A stretch of DNA of 64,000 nt from an uncultured delta proteobacterium (GCA_963850305.1 CAWKKR010000007.1:128001-192000); one strand, 5' to 3'; counted from the first letter of the stretch, positions 20,537 to 30,453 are shown. Notes: generated by a model not told the origin, from the sequence alone. Numbers and translations are program-made.

Positions 20537-21379
20537 TCACTGGTCGGCGCCGCAGTTCTTTTTGTAGAACCGAAACAGGGTATCGCCCCCCGTGTCCGCC
20601 GCCGGGGCGTCGCAACTCGACAGGTGCAGCGTGCATTCGTACGCCCCCGGTGGGTTCCAGTAGTCTTCCACGGCGACGCAATCGCTCCGGGACTCGCATG
20701 CCAGGAGACAGTCCTCGAGGGTCTTGCCGGTGGCCGTCGCGGCGGCGTACGGAACGGCGTTCTCGCAGGTCTTGAAGTCGCCGATACTCTCGAACCGGCA
20801 CGGCGACGTGGCGCTGGGCGCGATGCCGGGAAGGTCGTCGAACGCGAAGATGGCGTCCGACGGCGCCTGCGAACCGCACACGTACCGATACTCGAGGGCC
20901 GCGTCTTCGGGGTCACTGATATCGGTCGACGGTGTACACGGCCCGTATGCCACGGCGCACCCGAAGTCGGGCGCAATCCACGTGTAGTCGACGATCGACG
21001 TGCAGCCGGTCGCAACGCAATTTTGGGCGCATTCGACGCGAGTCTTGAATGCGAAATCGAGGCCGCTCCTGGTTTCCGCGCAGCGCTTCCAGAACCCCAG
21101 GGGTTCGAACCAGCACGACGCTCCCGGGCCGCCCTCGGGCGTGCTCCCACCGCCGCCGGTGACGCCGCCCGAAAAGCTGCCGCCGCTCTGCGACGCGCCG
21201 CCGGCGCTCACACCGCCGGACGCGGCGGAATTGCCACCCGTGCTGGACGCGCCACCCGACGCGGTGGCGCCGTTCGCCGTCTCGGCTTGACCGCCGGATC
21301 CGTCGACCACCCGCCCCGCGCAGGCGACGACGAGCGAGCCCACGACAATCGACGCACCCCGACGATCCCATTGCACCAT
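20537..21379 (-). CDS. Cys-rich lipoprotein with two PAN/apple-like modules
   Basis: Lipobox VVAC, GG/S/A linker, TxxECxxxC....C modules. Confidence 0.7.
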   Translation of the reverse strand: MVQWDRRGASIVVGSLVVACAGRVVDGSGGQAETANGATASGGASSTGGNSAASGGVSAGGASQSGGSFSGGVTGGGGSTPEGGPGASCWFEPLGFWKRCAETRSGLDFAFKTRVECAQNCVATGCTSIVDYTWIAPDFGCAVAYGPCTPSTDISDPEDAALEYRYVCGSQAPSDAIFAFDDLPGIAPSATSPCRFESIGDFKTCENAVPYAAATATGKTLEDCLLACESRSDCVAVEDYWNPPGAYECTLHLSSCDAPAADTGGDTLFRFYKKNCGADQ

Positions 21380-21422
21380 CTCTTCAAAGCCTAGCACTGC
21401 CATGAAAATAGAACGAGAAGGC

Positions 21423-21479
21423 GGTGGCGGCTTCACCCGCTTCCGGCGCGCGATGGAGACCCCGTTCAACATGGTGCTC
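21423..21479 (+). pseudogene. C-terminal scar of a class I SAM methyltransferase
   Basis: GGGFTRFRRAMETPFNMVL matches, from recall, the C-terminal GFTRFRRAxETPFN motif of Rv2258c-like methyltransferases. Confidence 0.45.
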
Positions 21480-21732
21480 ACGTCGTCGGTCCCTTGCAGC
21501 CGTCGGTCCCGCACGTCGCGAGACAGACGCCCGCGATCGGTGCGCTCGCGCACGCAGCGACGAACGCCGCGGAGCCGCTCACCTTGCAAGCGCTGCCCGC
21601 AATGTTCGAGCACGATCCCGCGGAGCCGCATTCCGGGGACCGTCGAGTCGCGAAGAGCTCGCGTGCTTGCGGATTCGGCCGCCGCGTGAGTAGATACCGC
21701 ATGATCGGCTCACCCGATCGAGAGACGCTCCG

Positions 21733-22497
21733 GTGACCGAGGGCATGCACGGCTCCCGGCGAAGATTCCTGGCGGACCTGGGCGGAGCGGGCGTGGCGGC
21801 GGGGGTCGGTGTCGGTCTCGGTGTACTCGCAAAGCGCGTCGCGCTCCGGCGGCGCGAGGACGCGGCGAGCCAGAACGGCGCTGCTGCGGGCACCGAGTGG
21901 GTGGAGGTCGAGGACACCCCGGTGGAAGATCTCATGCGCGAGCACGCAGTGCTCGAGCGGGTGCTCCTCGTGTACGAGGAGGGTGCCCGGCGGCTCGAAG
22001 CCGGCGTCGACCTCGCGCCGGAGACGCTCGCCACCGCCGGTGGGATCGTGCGTCGCTACATCGAGGACCATCACGAACGCGACGAGGAGACCCACGTGTT
22101 CCCTCGACTCGAGAAGATCGGCGCCGAGGTCGAGCTCGTCCGGACGCTGCGTGTGCAGCACGCGGCCGGCCGTCGCCTCACGAGCGACGTGATCGATCTC
22201 GCCACCGTCGGGGGCGTGCGGGAGCCTTCGACGCGAGCGCGGCTCGTCCAGTCGATGCGCCTCTTCATCCGCATGTACAGGCCGCACGCGGCGCGGGAGA
22301 GCACCGTGCTCTTCCCCGCCTTCCGCAAGGCCCTGTCGCGGATGGAGTACGAGGGGCTGCGCGCCGAGCTCGAGAAGAACGAGCGCGCGCAGTTCGGCGA
22401 AGACCTCTACGAGACCGTGCTCGAGCAAGTACGCGAGCTCGAACGGGCACTCGGGGTCGGGGAGCTCTCGGCCTTCACTCCGCCGGCAGGCGATTGA
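21733..22497 (+). CDS. Hemerythrin/HHE domain protein with twin-arginine signal
   Basis: SRRRFL followed by a hydrophobic stretch; LMREH, HHERDEETHVFP, QHAAGR, HAARESTVLFP. Confidence 0.88.
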   Translation: MTEGMHGSRRRFLADLGGAGVAAGVGVGLGVLAKRVALRRREDAASQNGAAAGTEWVEVEDTPVEDLMREHAVLERVLLVYEEGARRLEAGVDLAPETLATAGGIVRRYIEDHHERDEETHVFPRLEKIGAEVELVRTLRVQHAAGRRLTSDVIDLATVGGVREPSTRARLVQSMRLFIRMYRPHAARESTVLFPAFRKALSRMEYEGLRAELEKNERAQFGEDLYETVLEQVRELERALGVGELSAFTPPAGD

Positions 22498-23371
22498 CGA
22501 GCACGCACGCGCGCGGCGAACCCGAGTCGCACCAGCGCCGGAAAGCCTCTGCCATGGCGGGTGACTCGCCGTCCAGGCGTTCGACCTTCCGCGACACCCA
22601 GAGACAGGCGTCGAATGAGAGGAGCTCGCAGGCTGTCCGGTAACCCTCGGCGATCGTCGCCGGCTCCGCTCCTTCCGCCTCCTCTGCTCGCGCCAGCTTC
22701 AGGTGCGGGTACGGCGCGCCGGGAGCGAGCTCACACGCTCTTCGATAGAGCGCGACGGCTCCTGCCCCGGTGCGATGGTCGCCCTCCTGTTCGCATGCTG
22801 CCGAAAGGCCGAGAGCGCACGCCTTCGCCTCCTCGACGGCCGCCCCGCGGGGGTTCCACGCGACACCGAAGCCGGAGGAGTGGACGCGGCTCGCGCCGAG
22901 GCAGCTCTCGCTGTCGTCCTTTCTGCACGCATCGAGGTAGAGCGCGAGGGCCCGTCTCATCCTCGCGCGCGCCAGGGGGATCACGTCGGCCCCGGCGCTC
23001 CCTTCTTCCGCCTCCTCACGCAGCGTCTGCGCCAGCTCCTCGCAAGCGAACGCGTCGTGCTTCAGCATGCAGCCGACGTCGATCTCGAACGCTTCGTAGT
23101 CCGAATAGCGCTTCGCCCAGGGCTGGGCGCGAGAGCACGCGCTTCGGAGACCGCCCTCGCAGGCGAGCGCAAAGTAGAGGCCGGCCTCCTCCGGATACCG
23201 GCTCCGCAGCTCGCCTCGTTCGAGCAGGTCGCCGAGCCTCTCGCAGCTCCCGGGGTTCGAGGCGCGGACGCAGGCGTCGTCGAGCGTCGCGTGCTCGCCT
23301 GGGGCCGCAGGTGCCATGAAGCCGAGCGCGAAACCCGCGAGCGCGACGATGACGAGGCGCGAGGCACGCAC
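22475..23371 (-). CDS. Secreted Cys-rich Sel1-like repeat protein
   Basis: Signal peptide; repeated AC-x7-AC helical units. Confidence 0.7.
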   Translation of the reverse strand: MRASRLVIVALAGFALGFMAPAAPGEHATLDDACVRASNPGSCERLGDLLERGELRSRYPEEAGLYFALACEGGLRSACSRAQPWAKRYSDYEAFEIDVGCMLKHDAFACEELAQTLREEAEEGSAGADVIPLARARMRRALALYLDACRKDDSESCLGASRVHSSGFGVAWNPRGAAVEEAKACALGLSAACEQEGDHRTGAGAVALYRRACELAPGAPYPHLKLARAEEAEGAEPATIAEGYRTACELLSFDACLWVSRKVERLDGESPAMAEAFRRWCDSGSPRACVLVNRLPAE

Positions 23372-23384
23372 GAATATGCGCGCC

Positions 23385-24398
23385 TCAGGGAACGTTGCAC
23401 GCCTTGGAGGAGGCCGGCGCCCCGCTCGTGGCGGCCGTCTCGAAGTGATACCCGTAGGAGCCCGCGTAGAGCCCGAGCTTCAGGACGCCGTTGATCGGCG
23501 AGGCGCGCGACGCCACGAGTCTCGACGCGTCGATGTTCGACAGGGGAGGCTGTACCTGGCCGCGCCCGCCCGAGCCCACCGTGAAAAGCTTGGCGCCGAC
23601 CGACGAGTAGTTGCCGCTGCCGTCGAGCTTCTCGAACTCCTCGTACACGTGCACGTGCCCCTGGAGCACGATGTCCGCCTTCTGGGCGATCGCTGCGGTC
23701 CAGATCGGTGCCACGCCGGCGGCCCAGGGCTCGTTGTCGGCGTCGCTGCTGAACATCGTGCTCCACCGCGCGGTGTGCATCGCGACGATCACGCAGCCGT
23801 GGCCGCCGTGGTTGGTCCTCCACGTGCTGATCTCGCTCTCGAGGGTGGTGCCCTGCGCCGAGCATGACTGCTCTGCGCAATTGAGGCCCGTGTTGACGAC
23901 GACCAGGAGCCAGCCGGGGGTGATCTCGTACGAGTACGAAAAGTCGTACGTGGCCACGCCGTTGTCGCCGGTGATCGCGGAAAACTTGTGGTTACCGGCG
24001 GCGTTGTTGCCGTTGAACATGGCGAAGGGCTGTTGCCCGCCCGTGCCCGCGACGCTGTTGAACTCGTGGTTTCCCATGACGGGGAACGTGCGCGACGCCC
24101 AGCTTGCCCAGGGGTAGTTGCTCGCATAGGGTGCGGCGTAGGACATGTCGCCCACCGCGATGAGCTTCACGGCCGAGTTGCTGGCGATCTCCGTCTGCAC
24201 GATGCCCTTGGTGGAGCTCGTCGCCGAGAAGTCCCCGTCGACGAGGAGCGTCGCGGCCGCCGTGACCGCCTCGACACTCTCGCCCACACCGTCCCCCGCT
24301 TCGCTGCCGGCGGAACTGCCGTCGCCCGAGCAACCGATGGCAGCGAGAGCGAGCGAGGTCAGGATGCCGAGGCGGCAGCACATCGTCTGGTTCGTCAT
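23385..24398 (-). CDS. Metallophosphoesterase lipoprotein
   Basis: GD, AVGDMSY, MGNHE, AMH and GHVHVYE motifs; lipobox AIGC; GAAAGGA RBS. Confidence 0.88.
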   Translation of the reverse strand: MTNQTMCCRLGILTSLALAAIGCSGDGSSAGSEAGDGVGESVEAVTAAATLLVDGDFSATSSTKGIVQTEIASNSAVKLIAVGDMSYAAPYASNYPWASWASRTFPVMGNHEFNSVAGTGGQQPFAMFNGNNAAGNHKFSAITGDNGVATYDFSYSYEITPGWLLVVVNTGLNCAEQSCSAQGTTLESEISTWRTNHGGHGCVIVAMHTARWSTMFSSDADNEPWAAGVAPIWTAAIAQKADIVLQGHVHVYEEFEKLDGSGNYSSVGAKLFTVGSGGRGQVQPPLSNIDASRLVASRASPINGVLKLGLYAGSYGYHFETAATSGAPASSKACNVP

Positions 24399-24504
24399 GT
24401 CGAATCCTTTCCGGATACGCGCGGATGACCGAGCACGCTATCTCGCCCCGGTGACACGTCCGTGTCGCGAGCGTGGATAAATCGTCTCCACTGCGGTTCG
24501 CGAG

Positions 24505-24849
24505 TCAGGGAGTGCAGGGGCAGCAGTAGAAAAGCTCGTTGGACGGCGTGGGAATTGGGATTACGGAGCAGTTTAGAGAGCTGTCCGGTTCGGGGATTGA
24601 ACCGAACGTGGCGCTCGCTCTGCACGTAATCGATGGAGGCCCAGCGGAGTCGGGAGCGCCGACGTCGCCGAACATATCGGCGATCACCTTGTTGCCGACG
24701 CCCTGCTCCTTCAGCTCGCGGATCAGATCCGTGAACACCTGGTTCGCCGTGTGAGCGAGGGGCGCGCGTCCGCCCGTCGCCGTGGCCAGCTGCGCGATGA
24801 GCACGGTCGTCTGTCGGACGATCGAGTCGATGAGCAGATCCGGATTCAT
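24505..24849 (-). pseudogene. Chimera: conserved protein N-terminus fused to a Cys-ending secreted-protein tail
   Basis: MNPDLLIDSIVRQTTVLIAQLAT...KVIADMFG switches abruptly to ...PTPSNELFYCCPC. Confidence 0.55.
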
Positions 24850-24861
24850 GCCCTCGAACGA

Positions 24862-25074
24862 TTACACGACGCCGCCCCGGGATGCGGAGTGTCCGTTTTT
24901 GCACCCCTGCGCCCATACGCTCGGCACCGCATGAGCGGTAACGAGCGCGTCGCGCGTCACGATCGCTCGCGCCACGATGATGGTCTCGCCAGCGCTCGCC
25001 CGTTCGACCAGCTCCGGCAGGTGCGCTTTCGCTTCGGCGACGTTGTACACACTGGGCTTCGTTCGAAGGGTCAC
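24862..25074 (-). pseudogene. Internally deleted Phd/YefM-VapC toxin-antitoxin pair
   Basis: YNVAEAKAHLPELVERASAGETIIVARA (Phd) joined in frame to IVTRDALVTAHAVPSVW (PIN-toxin-like C-terminus). Confidence 0.7.
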
Positions 25075-25119
25075 GCAACCCAGCGTACCAAGCTGACCAG
25101 GCGCGGGCGGCCTCGGTGG

Positions 25120-25146
25120 GGCGGCGGCGGCGGCGGCGGCGGCGGC
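25120..25146. repeat. (GGC)9 microsatellite
   Basis: Nine perfect GGC copies. Confidence 0.9.
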
Positions 25147-25245
25147 GGGCGTATCCAGATGATCACGGCGGCAGCGACGGCGCCGGTTTGCAACTGACGA
25201 GTAGCGCATCGCGAGCGTCGTCCGAGTACGACGCCCCTTGCCCAC

Positions 25246-25845
25246 TCAGATCCCGAAGCCAAACGTGAGATCGAACGAAGCGAACCAGCTCGGGACGTCG
25301 GAGCGCGAGAGCGGCGCGAAGTCCGAGTAGTCGTCCTGGACGTCACTCGCTGCTGCCAGTAGCGCGATTCCGGGACCCGTCGCAAACCGGAACCCGCCGC
25401 GCGTGACGAGCTCGTATTCGAGAGCCAGCTGGACCCAGTAGGCGCGCTCGCTCACGGACGATTGATCGCCCGTGATGAGCGGGTAGCGGAATCGACCCGA
25501 TGCAAACGCAATCGTGGAGTCGAACGCATGCGCGATGTTGCGCTCCTCGAGCACCGCCAGCCGGTAACGGACGAGCGCCGCGACCTGGACGGGCCCTGGA
25601 ATACTGCCGCCCCCGAGCCAGCTCGCGCCGACGCCGGCGCCCACCGCGACGCGTGACCCGAGGTTGTACTCCACCACGCCGCCGAAGCCGCCGACCGGCG
25701 TCCCCACGCCGAGCATCGCGTTGAAGGTGAGCGGCCTGCTCGTGAAACGAACCGGCTCCGCTGTCCCGGGCGTGGCCGGCGCGGCAAGGATGGCGGGAGC
25801 GAAGAGGAACGCGGCTCCGCACAGGCATCGAGCGACGCGCCTCAT
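25246..25845 (-). CDS. Secreted / outer-membrane beta-strand protein, hypothetical
   Basis: Signal peptide, amphipathic beta strands, C-terminal DLTFGFGI. Confidence 0.65.
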   Translation of the reverse strand: MRRVARCLCGAAFLFAPAILAAPATPGTAEPVRFTSRPLTFNAMLGVGTPVGGFGGVVEYNLGSRVAVGAGVGASWLGGGSIPGPVQVAALVRYRLAVLEERNIAHAFDSTIAFASGRFRYPLITGDQSSVSERAYWVQLALEYELVTRGGFRFATGPGIALLAAASDVQDDYSDFAPLSRSDVPSWFASFDLTFGFGI

Positions 25846-26291
25846 CGGGGTCGCCTTCTAGCATCACCGCCGTCGCCGCCGTCGGTCAATCCCGCGTCCA
25901 CCCGGAACGTCGAACCAGCCTCCGCACCAGCATCATCTGGACCAGCATCGGTCGTGCCGGCGTCGACCTCCGGGAAGAAGCACTCGGCGTCGGTCGACGT
26001 GGAAACGCAGTACGCGCCGGGGAACGAATGAGATCTCAAAATGTACCGGAAATCCCCGTCCCTGACGGCCCGGGGCCGTCGTGGACGGCGGGGAGCGGCG
26101 GGTCGACGAAGGGGACGGCTTTGCTTCTCCTGGCCTCAGGATTTCACAATATAATGCAATCGCCGACGCTACGCTGACGAGTGTGAGCACCCTCGAAGTC
26201 GTCCAAAGCCGAGCGACCGAGATTCGCGCGATTGCTGCGGCACATAGGTCGCGAAGATCGTCCACACCATCCTTTGAAACGAGGCTCCGTG

Positions 26292-27365
26292 ATGAACGTC
26301 GACGTCGAGTGGCTCGCAGGTCCAGAGCGTCGGCTGACGCGCTTCGGTGAAGTGCCGCGCTACCGGGAAGGGCTGCATCGGCTGAGCCTCAGAGCGTATG
26401 CGTGGATGGTTCCCAACGGGTGCTGGGGCGAGACCAACCTGGGACTCGTGGACTGCGACGGCCAGAGCGTGCTGATCGACACGGCCTGGGATCTGGCCTT
26501 CACGAACGAGTTTCTGACGAGCGCCCGACACTTGGTGACGAGATCGCCCGTCGAGTGCGTCGTGAACACGCATTCGGACGGGGATCACTGCTGGGGCAAT
26601 CAGGTATTTGCGAACAAGAGGATCATCGGCACGCACGCCTGCATCGCCAGGATGGACCACGTCACGCCGCGAACGGTCCGCGCGCTCACCGCCGCGGGAC
26701 GCCACATGCGCCACGTTCCGTTCGGGGGCGTCGCCGAGCTCGGGCGCTACGTCGAGAGCATGTTCGGCCCCTACGATTTCAGCGGGATCGAGCTGACGAA
26801 GCCAGGCGAAGGGTTCTCGCGTGAAAAGACCCTCACGCTCAGGGGCGTCGAGATCGTGCTGCGCGAGGTCGGCCCGGGTCACACGGACGGAGACGCCCTC
26901 GTGTACGTGCCCGGCGAGAAGGTCGTGTACGCGGGCGATCTGCTGTTCGTGGGCGTGACCCCCGTCATGTGGGCGGGCCCGGTGGAGAATCTGCTCTCGG
27001 CCTTGCGGCATCTGCTGTCGCTGCCCGCGATCGCCTTCGTGCCGGGTCATGGTCCGCTCGCGACACGCGGTGACATCCAGGATGCGATCGACTACTGGGA
27101 TTTCGCGCACGAAGCGATCCACCGGCGCTTTCGTTCTGGGATGCCACCCGCGGAAGCCGCTCGCGATGTTCTCGCGGACGACGCTTTCCGACGCTCTGCC
27201 TTCGCTCGCTGGGGCTCGCCAGAGCGGCTCGTCACGAGCGCGTACACGATGTACCGCAACTGGGGGCACCCCTGGAGTCGGTTGCCCGAAAAAGTCGCCA
27301 CGATGGACCTCCTGCGACGCCAGGCTCAAGTCGCGGCGGCGCTCTCGCGAAAGGAGGGAGGCTGA
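26292..27365 (+). CDS. MBL-fold metallo-hydrolase (cyclase-like)
   Basis: VLIDT, THSDGDHCWGN, GHTDGD, AGDL, VPGHG. Confidence 0.92.
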   Translation: MNVDVEWLAGPERRLTRFGEVPRYREGLHRLSLRAYAWMVPNGCWGETNLGLVDCDGQSVLIDTAWDLAFTNEFLTSARHLVTRSPVECVVNTHSDGDHCWGNQVFANKRIIGTHACIARMDHVTPRTVRALTAAGRHMRHVPFGGVAELGRYVESMFGPYDFSGIELTKPGEGFSREKTLTLRGVEIVLREVGPGHTDGDALVYVPGEKVVYAGDLLFVGVTPVMWAGPVENLLSALRHLLSLPAIAFVPGHGPLATRGDIQDAIDYWDFAHEAIHRRFRSGMPPAEAARDVLADDAFRRSAFARWGSPERLVTSAYTMYRNWGHPWSRLPEKVATMDLLRRQAQVAAALSRKEGG

Positions 27366-27584
27366 ACGGCAAGGCGCGGCCCCTCCCAAGACTTACGCGG
27401 ACCCCGGCTGCGTCCGAGCAAGAAACCGTGCGGTTGCCGGCGGGACACACGAGCGAACCGCAGCGAAACCGCGAAAAGCCGGGCGCGCCGCGGGGCGTCA
27501 TCGCGAAGTGCCTGGGAACCTGGGTCATTCGTGGTGCACGTCTTCGCGCGTGCAAAGAATTTCTCGAACCCGAGTTTTGAAAGG

Positions 27585-28020
27585 ATGTCAGGTTTCAAGG
27601 GTTTCGTGTCGGTGCTCGACGCGGCGCCGTGCAAGGTCGCTTCGCGCCGTCACGGCGTGTCGAGCAACGCTCTCCGCGCTCGTGGTTGCGTTCTCGATCT
27701 ACTTCGGCGGTGCCGGCATCGCGCACGCCGGAGACGCGGCCGCGCCCGCGAGCCGCGTGGTGAGCAACGAAGAGCTCGCGCTCCGGGTTTCGGATCTCGA
27801 GGCCTACGTGACCAACGGCGTTCCGAAGAAGCTCGTTTCTTCGGGGCCCGGGCACAACGCCTGGCTCATGACCTCGGCGGCGCTCGTGCTGTTCATGACG
27901 CTCCCGGGGCTCGCGCTCTTCTACGGCGGGCTCGTCCGGCGCAAGAACCTCCTGCCCGTCATGGCGCAGTGCCTGGGCTGCGCGGGCGTCATCACGATCC
28001 TCTGGTGGGCGATCGGCGCC
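27585..28020 (+). pseudogene. amtB: Truncated ammonium transporter
   Basis: HNAWLMTSAALVLFMTLPGLALFYGGLVRRKN..VMAQC breaks after about two TM helices; the RBS-led ATG 27585 is out of frame. Confidence 0.85.
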
Positions 28021-28030
28021 GCGCGGAGAC

Positions 28031-28411
28031 CTACGCGAGCTCCTGCTCGACCTGCCGGCGTGCCTCTTCCGCGAAGGCTTCGGCTTCTGCCTGCTCCATC
28101 GTGGGTAGCTCCGTGCCGGACAGGTCGAATCCCTGCCTGGCGAGGAGCTCGCGCAGGTTCTCGATGATCCCGCCGACGCGCTCGCGCTCGCGGTCGATGC
28201 GCTCGAGGTCCGCCAGCCCTTCCTCGCGCTCGGGACCCACCAGGGTACGCACCCGGACGCGCTCGCGCGCGAAGGCGCGGCACTGCTTCCGGTATTCCTC
28301 CACCAGCGCGTGCAGCCGGTCCACCTCGGGCCCCGTGCGCCGGCGCGGCCCTCGCTTCGGCCACGTCGCCCACCACGCAACGACGATCCCCGCCGCGACG
28401 ATCCAGAGCAC
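28031..28411 (-). CDS. Small membrane-anchored coiled-coil protein, hypothetical
   Basis: N-terminal TM followed by a charged helix; TGC-TATGCT 6 nt before the GTG. Confidence 0.6.
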   Translation of the reverse strand: MLWIVAAGIVVAWWATWPKRGPRRRTGPEVDRLHALVEEYRKQCRAFARERVRVRTLVGPEREEGLADLERIDRERERVGGIIENLRELLARQGFDLSGTELPTMEQAEAEAFAEEARRQVEQELA

Positions 28412-28605
28412 GGGGGAAGCATAGCATGTGCGCCGGGCCGTTCGCGGCGAGCGCCCACGATCCCCTCCGAAGCTTGAACACGGCTCTGCCAGAACGGGGT
28501 ATCGCGAGCAGGCGCGCGCGGCGGGGGCTCGGGGCCGGGCAGGAGCTGTGCGAGCCTTCGCGGCACTTTTCCGCTCCGCGGATGCGATGTTACTCTGACC
28601 GCGCA

Positions 28606-29315
28606 GTGAGGCGTCCCACATCGTCGAGATCCCGGACCAGGCCGGGAGCCAGGTTGCCGTTGCTCGCCGTGCCTGTGGTCGCGCTCGTCGTCGCGTTCGC
28701 GTCGCGGAGCCTCGCGGACGTCGGGTATTCCACGCTAGACCTCGCAACGGTGCGGGTGTTCGCCCTCTACGGCGTGGGGACGCAGGAGGTGGAGCAGAAG
28801 AAGACCGCGCACAAGTACACGCTCGCGGTGCCCCTCGCGGCGCACAAGTCGTTCGTGCCGCTCCCGAAGGCGCTGCCGACCATCCATGTCCGGCAATCCG
28901 TCTTTGCCGTCGGCTATCCGATGGACCCGTCGCAGAAGCGGCCCCAGTCCACCCGCGGGTCATCTCGGGCGTCTCGGAAAACGGCACGGTGAGCCTCGGG
29001 ATCTCCGTGAACCCGGGCAATTCCGGCGGGCCGCTCGTCGACGACGGCGAACGGATCCTCGGGGTCGTCGTCGCTCGCGGTGATCCGAAGCAAGGGGTGG
29101 AGGGGATTGGGTATGCCGTCCCGCTCGATCGCCCGCTCCTGGTGCTCGCGTCGGTGCTCGATCGGCACGCCCGCGCCCACGCGACCCTCGATTCGCTCGA
29201 CGAAGCCGAGAAGTCGTTCGCGCGCGTGGTCGGCCACCTGGTGGAAAGCGAAGGGGTGAACGGGATGCTCGACGAGGCCGCCCGCGCCATCGAGCATCTG
29301 AAGGCGAGGTCGTGA
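28606..29315 (+). pseudogene. Degraded trypsin-like (S1C) serine protease
   Basis: AVGYP and NPGNSGGPLVD lie in different frames (shift near 28960); the catalytic His/Asp segment is not visible. Confidence 0.75.
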
Positions 29316-29685
29316 CCCGGGCTTGTCACGACGCGCACTTCAGGTTGACCGGGGTGAAGAAGGACGGCCTCCGCTGCAGCGGCGTGCCGGGCGGGCCCGC
29401 CTTCGCGCCCGTCGCTCGGCTCCGGTTCTGCGACGACGAGCTGTGCCAGGTCGATCTCGTCGAAAAGTTCGAAGGCGACGACGCCACGGATCTTCTCCAG
29501 CAATACGAGGCGAGGCGAAGCGAGCTGAGCGAGAACGTCCCTCTTGGTCGGCATAGTTCGACGCAATCATCTGCGGGACGCGGGCGGCGGTCCAGCGCCC
29601 CGGTTCGTCCCCTGGCGTTGTTCGACGTCCGAGAACCGTGACGAGTACGAACGAGCGGAAAACCTGCGCCCCTCGTTTTCTGTCA

Positions 29686-30431
29686 CGCGACGACCCGCCC
29701 CTCGGCCGCGAGAACCGATCCGCCCGCCGTGGTAACCGCATTCTCCGCCGCGACGACGCGTCCGTCGGCCGTGATAAGTGGATCACACAGCGCGACGACG
29801 CCTCCGTCGGCGGTGAGGACACCTCCGACGGCCGTGATAAGTGGATCATGCGCCGCGACGACGCGTCCGTCGGCCGTGATAAGTGGATCACACAGCGCGA
29901 CGACGCCTCCGTCGGCGGTGATGACGCCTCCGTCGGCCGTGATAAGTGGATCATGCGCCGTGATGACGCCTCCGTCGGCCGTGATAAGTGGATCATGCGC
30001 CGTGATGACGCCTCCGTCGGCCGTGAGGATGCGTTCTCACGGGCGCGATGATCGCTTCACGCGCCGTGAGGACAGCTCCGACGGCCGTGATAAGTGGATC
30101 ATGCGCCGTGAGGACACCTCCGTCGGCCGTGAGGATGCGTTCTCATGGGCGCGATGATCGCTTCACGCGCCGTGCGAAGGCGTCCGTCGGCCGTGCGAAG
30201 GCGTCCGTCGGCCGTGCGAAGGCGTCCGTCGGCCGTGCGAAGGCGTCCGTCGGCCGTGCGAAGGCGTCCGTCGGCCGTGCGAAGGCGTCCGTCGGCCGTG
30301 CGAAGGCGTCCGTCGGCCGTGCGAAGGCGTCCGTCGGCCGTGCGAAGGCGTCCGTCGGCCGTGCGAAGGCGTCCGTCGGCCGTGCGAAGGCGTCCGTCGG
30401 CCGTGCGAAGGCGTCCGTCGGCCGTGCGAAG
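29686..30431. repeat. 21-bp tandem repeat array, ~35 units with higher-order structure
   Basis: 23 variant units (two 1-nt insertions), then 12 perfect CGTGCGAAGGCGTCCGTCGGC copies at 30171-30422. Confidence 0.95.
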
Positions 30432-30453
30432 TTTCACGATCGTAACATTCCGG

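Noticed and set aside
25120..25146. (GGC)9 as a phase-variation switch
   Set aside because: A triplet unit does not shift frame, and it is not within a confidently called gene.
29686..30431. CRISPR array
   Set aside because: Units are contiguous 21-mers that recur; there are no unique spacers and no cas genes.
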